DNA of 63,427 nt, counting the filler. It is 10 parts of 10 records of this genome, joined end to end, with 100 filler letters (N's around TTAATTAATTAA, not from the genome) between each part and the next. Parts side by side here need not be neighbours in the genome. Positions count along the whole stretch, not along the records: positions 56,828 to 63,427 come from SRR31156797_57117; 9 more parts are not named here. One strand, written 5' to 3'. Under the pieces are notes generated by a model, which worked only from the letters and a program-made list of their open reading frames with translations, made no database searches and was not told where the DNA came from. Below, piece by piece: positions 60,042 through 63,427 of the stretch. The first letter of the stretch is position 1; every line of letters starts with the position of its first letter. Made by a program: the position numbers and the translations under genes.

Positions 60042-62822
60042 CTACTCGGCAGCTTCGGTCTTGCCGGTCTCTTCGGTATCCGTCGGCGGCGGCTCCAGGG
60101 CCTCGCGCAGGCGTTTCTCGATCGCTTTCAATTTGTTCTCGCCTTCGATCTTCAGCCCGAACACGTCCTTGACGTAAAAAACGTCGACGACGCGTTCGCC
60201 ATAGGTCGTGATGTGGGCACTGGCGATCTGCAGGCCCAATGCGGTCAGCGCCGAGGTGACGTCGAACAGGAAACCGGTGCGGTCGCGGCCGTTGACCTCG
60301 ATCACCGTGTGATGGTTACTGGCCAGGTTGTCGATGATGACGTGCGGCGGCACGGTGAAGACCCGGGTCCGGCTCGGCAGGGCGGCGGCGCGTTGTTTCT
60401 CCAGTTCGCGGGCCAGATGCAGGCGCCCGGCGATGGCGGCCTCGATGCGGTCCCAAAGGCGGCGCAGCGACTCGTCCTCGGCCACCGGCCCGCCGCGCGC
60501 CTCCTGAACGGCGAAGGTATCGAGCGCCATGCCGTTGGCCAGCGTCACGATCTTGGCATCCATGATCGAGACGCCGGAAAGCGCCATGGCGCCGGCGATC
60601 TGCGAGAACAGCCCGGCATGATCGGGTGCGTAGATGATGATCTCGGTAATCGCGCGGTTCGCATCGACACGGGTTTCGATGTGAAGGTCGAGCTTTTCGC
60701 GCTCGGCCTTGCGGACCAGCTTGGCGTGGTGCAGGTGGGTGGCCGTATCGAAGGTCAGCCAGTATCCGGCATAGCCGCGCGCCATGTGGGCATCGATCTC
60801 GGCTTCCGACCAGTCCGACAATTGTTGCCGCAGCGCCTGCTGGGCTTCCTCGACGCGGGCCTGCTTGCGGGCCTCGGGCAGCCCGCCGGCCATGTTTTCG
60901 GTGGCGCGGTAATAAAGCTCGCGCAGCAGCGTCGCCTTCCAGCCGTTCCAGACATGCGGCCCGACGGCGCGCACGTCGACGACGGTCAGGATCAGAAGCA
61001 GGCGAAGTCTTTCCGGCGACTGCACGATCTCGATGAAATCGGCCACCGTCTTCGGGTCCTCGATGTCGCGCTTGAACGCGGTGTGGCTCATGCGCAGGTG
61101 GTGCAGGACCAGCCAGGAAACGGTTTCGGTTTCCCAGTCGTCCAATCCCAGGCGCGGCCCCAGCTTGTTGGCGATCTTGGCGCCCAGTTCCGAATGGTCG
61201 CCGCCCCGGCCCTTGGCGATGTCGTGCAGCAGGATGGCCAGATACAGCGCCCGACGCGACTGCACCTCGCCGATCACCTTGCAGGCGACCGGCAGTTCGT
61301 CGCAGAGCGACCCGTTCTCGATGTTCTGCAGAATGCCGATCGCCCGGATCGTGTGCTCGTCGACCGTATAGACATGGTACATGTCGTACTGCATCTGGGC
61401 GACGACGCGGCCGAAATCGGTAATGAAACGGCCCAGCACGCCGGCTTCGTTGAGGCGCCGCAAGCCGGTTTCGGCGCCGCGCTCGGCACACAGGATTTCC
61501 ATGAACAGGCGGTTGGCGTCGGTATCGGTGCGCAGTTTCTGGTCGATCAGGGTCAGGTTCTGGCGGGCCAGACGGACGGCATGCGGATGAATATCGAGGT
61601 CGTGGCGCTGGGCCTCGCGGAACAGCCCGATCAGCTTGACCGGATCGCGCTTGAACGCATCGTCGGTCTCGACATTGAGCCGGCCGCCGTCGACCTTGAA
61701 ACCGCTGATCGTCACGGTGCGGCCGAACCGCAGGCTCGGCAACGAAAAACGCCGCCGGCGCTGTTTTTTGTGCTCCTCCTCCCAGACCGCGCACAGGATA
61801 CGGGTCAAGTCGCCGACGTCCTTGGCGACCAGGAAATAGTGCTTCATGAAGCGCTCGACGCCCTGGGCGCCGGCGCGGTCGGTATAACCCATGCGCTTGC
61901 CGATGACGCTCTGCACGTTGAAGGCGACGCGTTCCTCGGGCCGGCCCGACAGGTAATGCAGGTGACAGCGCACGGTCCACAGGAAGTTGCGCGCCTTCTT
62001 GAAGCGCCGGGCGTCGGCCGGCGTCAGCGCCCCGCGGGTCACTAGGTCGCCGACATGATCGACCCCGTACAGGAACTTGGCGATCCAGAACAGGGTCTGC
62101 AGGTCGCGAAGCCCGCCCTTGCCCTCCTTGACGTTCGGTTCCAGCACATAGCGGCTGTCACCCATTCTGGCATGCCGCTTGTCCCGCTCGACCAGCTTTT
62201 CCTCGACGAAGGCGGCGCCGTTGGGATCGACCACCTCGGCCCGGAAGCGTTCCTCGAACTGCCGAAACAGTTTCTCGTCGCCCAACAGCAGGCGGGTATC
62301 GAGCAGGCTGGTGCGGATGGTCAAATCGTCGCCGGCCAGGCGTAGGCAGTCGTCGATATTGCGGGTCGCGTGGCCGACCTTCAGATTTAGGTCCCACAGC
62401 GTATACAGCATGTATTCGGCGATCTGCTCGCCGTGCGGAGTCTGCTTGTAGGGCAGCAGGAACATCAGGTCGAGGTCGGAAAACGGCGCCAGTTCGCCAC
62501 GCCCGTAACCGCCGGTGGCGCACAGCGCGATCTGCTCGCCCAGGGTCGGGTTGGCGACCGGATAGACGTGCTGGGTGGCGAATTCGTAAAGAACCCCGAC
62601 GACGCCGTCGACCAGCGCCGTCTGCGCCGCCACCGTCTCGTAGGCCGGTATCGCCTCTTCCTCGAAACGCTGGCGGACGGCGGCGAAACCCTCGGTCAGC
62701 GCTTCCTTGAAGATGGCCAGAATCTGCGGCCGCGTCTTCGAACTGACGCCGGACCATTCGACGAGCTCGTCGAGCCGGGCCTTCAGGGCCTGGGTGTCGA
62801 TGATGTCGCGGCGCTTGGGCAT
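60042..62822 (-). CDS. glnD: PII uridylyltransferase
   Basis: GGYGRGELAP.SDLD, EPNVKEGKGGLRD, HVYTVDEH, HDIAKG, two ACT domains. Confidence 0.97.
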   Translation of the reverse strand: MPKRRDIIDTQALKARLDELVEWSGVSSKTRPQILAIFKEALTEGFAAVRQRFEEEAIPAYETVAAQTALVDGVVGVLYEFATQHVYPVANPTLGEQIALCATGGYGRGELAPFSDLDLMFLLPYKQTPHGEQIAEYMLYTLWDLNLKVGHATRNIDDCLRLAGDDLTIRTSLLDTRLLLGDEKLFRQFEERFRAEVVDPNGAAFVEEKLVERDKRHARMGDSRYVLEPNVKEGKGGLRDLQTLFWIAKFLYGVDHVGDLVTRGALTPADARRFKKARNFLWTVRCHLHYLSGRPEERVAFNVQSVIGKRMGYTDRAGAQGVERFMKHYFLVAKDVGDLTRILCAVWEEEHKKQRRRRFSLPSLRFGRTVTISGFKVDGGRLNVETDDAFKRDPVKLIGLFREAQRHDLDIHPHAVRLARQNLTLIDQKLRTDTDANRLFMEILCAERGAETGLRRLNEAGVLGRFITDFGRVVAQMQYDMYHVYTVDEHTIRAIGILQNIENGSLCDELPVACKVIGEVQSRRALYLAILLHDIAKGRGGDHSELGAKIANKLGPRLGLDDWETETVSWLVLHHLRMSHTAFKRDIEDPKTVADFIEIVQSPERLRLLLILTVVDVRAVGPHVWNGWKATLLRELYYRATENMAGGLPEARKQARVEEAQQALRQQLSDWSEAEIDAHMARGYAGYWLTFDTATHLHHAKLVRKAEREKLDLHIETRVDANRAITEIIIYAPDHAGLFSQIAGAMALSGVSIMDAKIVTLANGMALDTFAVQEARGGPVAEDESLRRLWDRIEAAIAGRLHLARELEKQRAAALPSRTRVFTVPPHVIIDNLASNHHTVIEVNGRDRTGFLFDVTSALTALGLQIASAHITTYGERVVDVFYVKDVFGLKIEGENKLKAIEKRLREALEPPPTDTEETGKTEAAE

Positions 62823-62916
62823 GGGCGTTTCCGTCTTCGCAACTGAGGCGCTGATCGGCTTTTATATAAAGCGCCTGGGCGGCGGCGCACAGGGGTTTCG
62901 GGCCGAACCGGCCGGT

Positions 62917-63426
62917 TCAGCCGTCTTTCTCGAGCAGGTGTCGCAACCGGTAAAGCGCTTCCAGGGCCTCGCGCGGGCTCATTTCATCCGGGCGCAGGGC
63001 GGCCAGCGCCGCTTCCGCTTCCGACGGCCCGGTCGGCTGCGGCGTTTCCGCCGGCGCCGCCGCGAACAGGGGCAGGTCGTCGGCCAAACGGGTCAGGGCC
63101 GAGCTTTGCTCGCCGGCTTCCAGGGTTTCCAGTATCTGTTTCGATCTCGTAACGACTTCGGGCGGCAGGCCGGCCAACTGCCCGACATGGATGCCGTAGG
63201 ACCGATCCGCCGCGCCCGGCGCCACTTCGTGCAGGAAGACCACGTCGTCCTGCCATTCCTTTACCCGCATGGTATGGCAGGCCAGGTTTTCGAGCCGGGC
63301 GGCCAATACCGTCAGTTCGTGATAGTGGGTGGCGAACAGGGTCCGGCATCGGTTCCGCGCGTGCAAATGCTCGATCACCGCCCAGGCGATCGACAGGCCG
63401 TCGAAGGTCGCCGTGCCGCGGCCGAT
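62917..63426 (-). CDS. mutS: DNA mismatch repair protein, C-terminus
   Basis: [31 protein letters not shown]. Confidence 0.96.
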   Translation of the reverse strand: MGRGTATFDGLSIAWAVIEHLHARNRCRTLFATHYHELTVLAARLENLACHTMRVKEWQDDVVFLHEVAPGAADRSYGIHVGQLAGLPPEVVTRSKQILETLEAGEQSSALTRLADDLPLFAAAPAETPQPTGPSEAEAALAALRPDEMSPREALEALYRLRHLLEKDG

Positions 63427-63427
63427 C

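Noticed and set aside
56828-63427. mutS-glnD-murJ-trpS-nifU contig
   Set aside because: Standard alphaproteobacterial synteny

Overview
This window is not one locus. It is ten unrelated contigs joined by 100-nt artificial spacers (N-run, TTAATTAATTAA, N-run). Taxonomic labels below are my inference from gene content and composition. (1) 1-5229, deltaproteobacterium-like: ADP-ribosylglycohydrolase, a putative pore-forming toxin with two tandem paralogous immunity-like genes, an HDOD protein and a tRNA 3' end. (2) 5330-11107, Campylobacterota-like TCA/rTCA cluster: mdh, two-subunit fumarase, cytochrome c, sucCD. (3) 11208-17779, deltaproteobacterial metal-uptake operon (ZnuA-like, DUF318 permease, TIGR03943-like, YidD-like, a CDF-SPFH fusion, a His/Cys-rich RPPP leader-like ORF), plus perR/fur-katG. 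(4) 17880-25213, an AT-rich compact virus-like element: rolling-circle Rep, SSB-like gene, tail-fibre/knob protein, repeat-rich spike-like protein, pilot-like protein, two small candidate coat proteins, M15 endolysin and holin, abutting an IS256 transposase. (5) 25314-32552: PAS/HD-GYP protein and a 1029-aa glycyl-radical enzyme with an SCP2-like N-terminus plus its activase. (6) 32653-37772, spirochaete-like SH3b and modular ankyrin proteins. (7) 37873-43668, ordinary Vibrio-like tpiA-groESL region. (8) 43769-49798, alphaproteobacterial polyphosphate cluster: CHAD, ParA-like ATPase, PAP/PPK2, PPK1, SixA. (9) 49899-56727, deltaproteobacterial RND/MFP, USP, HDAC, Cys-rich and membrane proteins. 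(10) 56828-63427, ordinary alphaproteobacterial mutS-glnD-murJ-trpS-nifU. The strongest novelty candidate is contig 4, which fits no phage family I recognise. Next are a possible polyP-granule positioning system (contig 8) and the SCP2-fused glycyl-radical enzyme (contig 5). All family calls come from motif recognition by eye; no searches were run.
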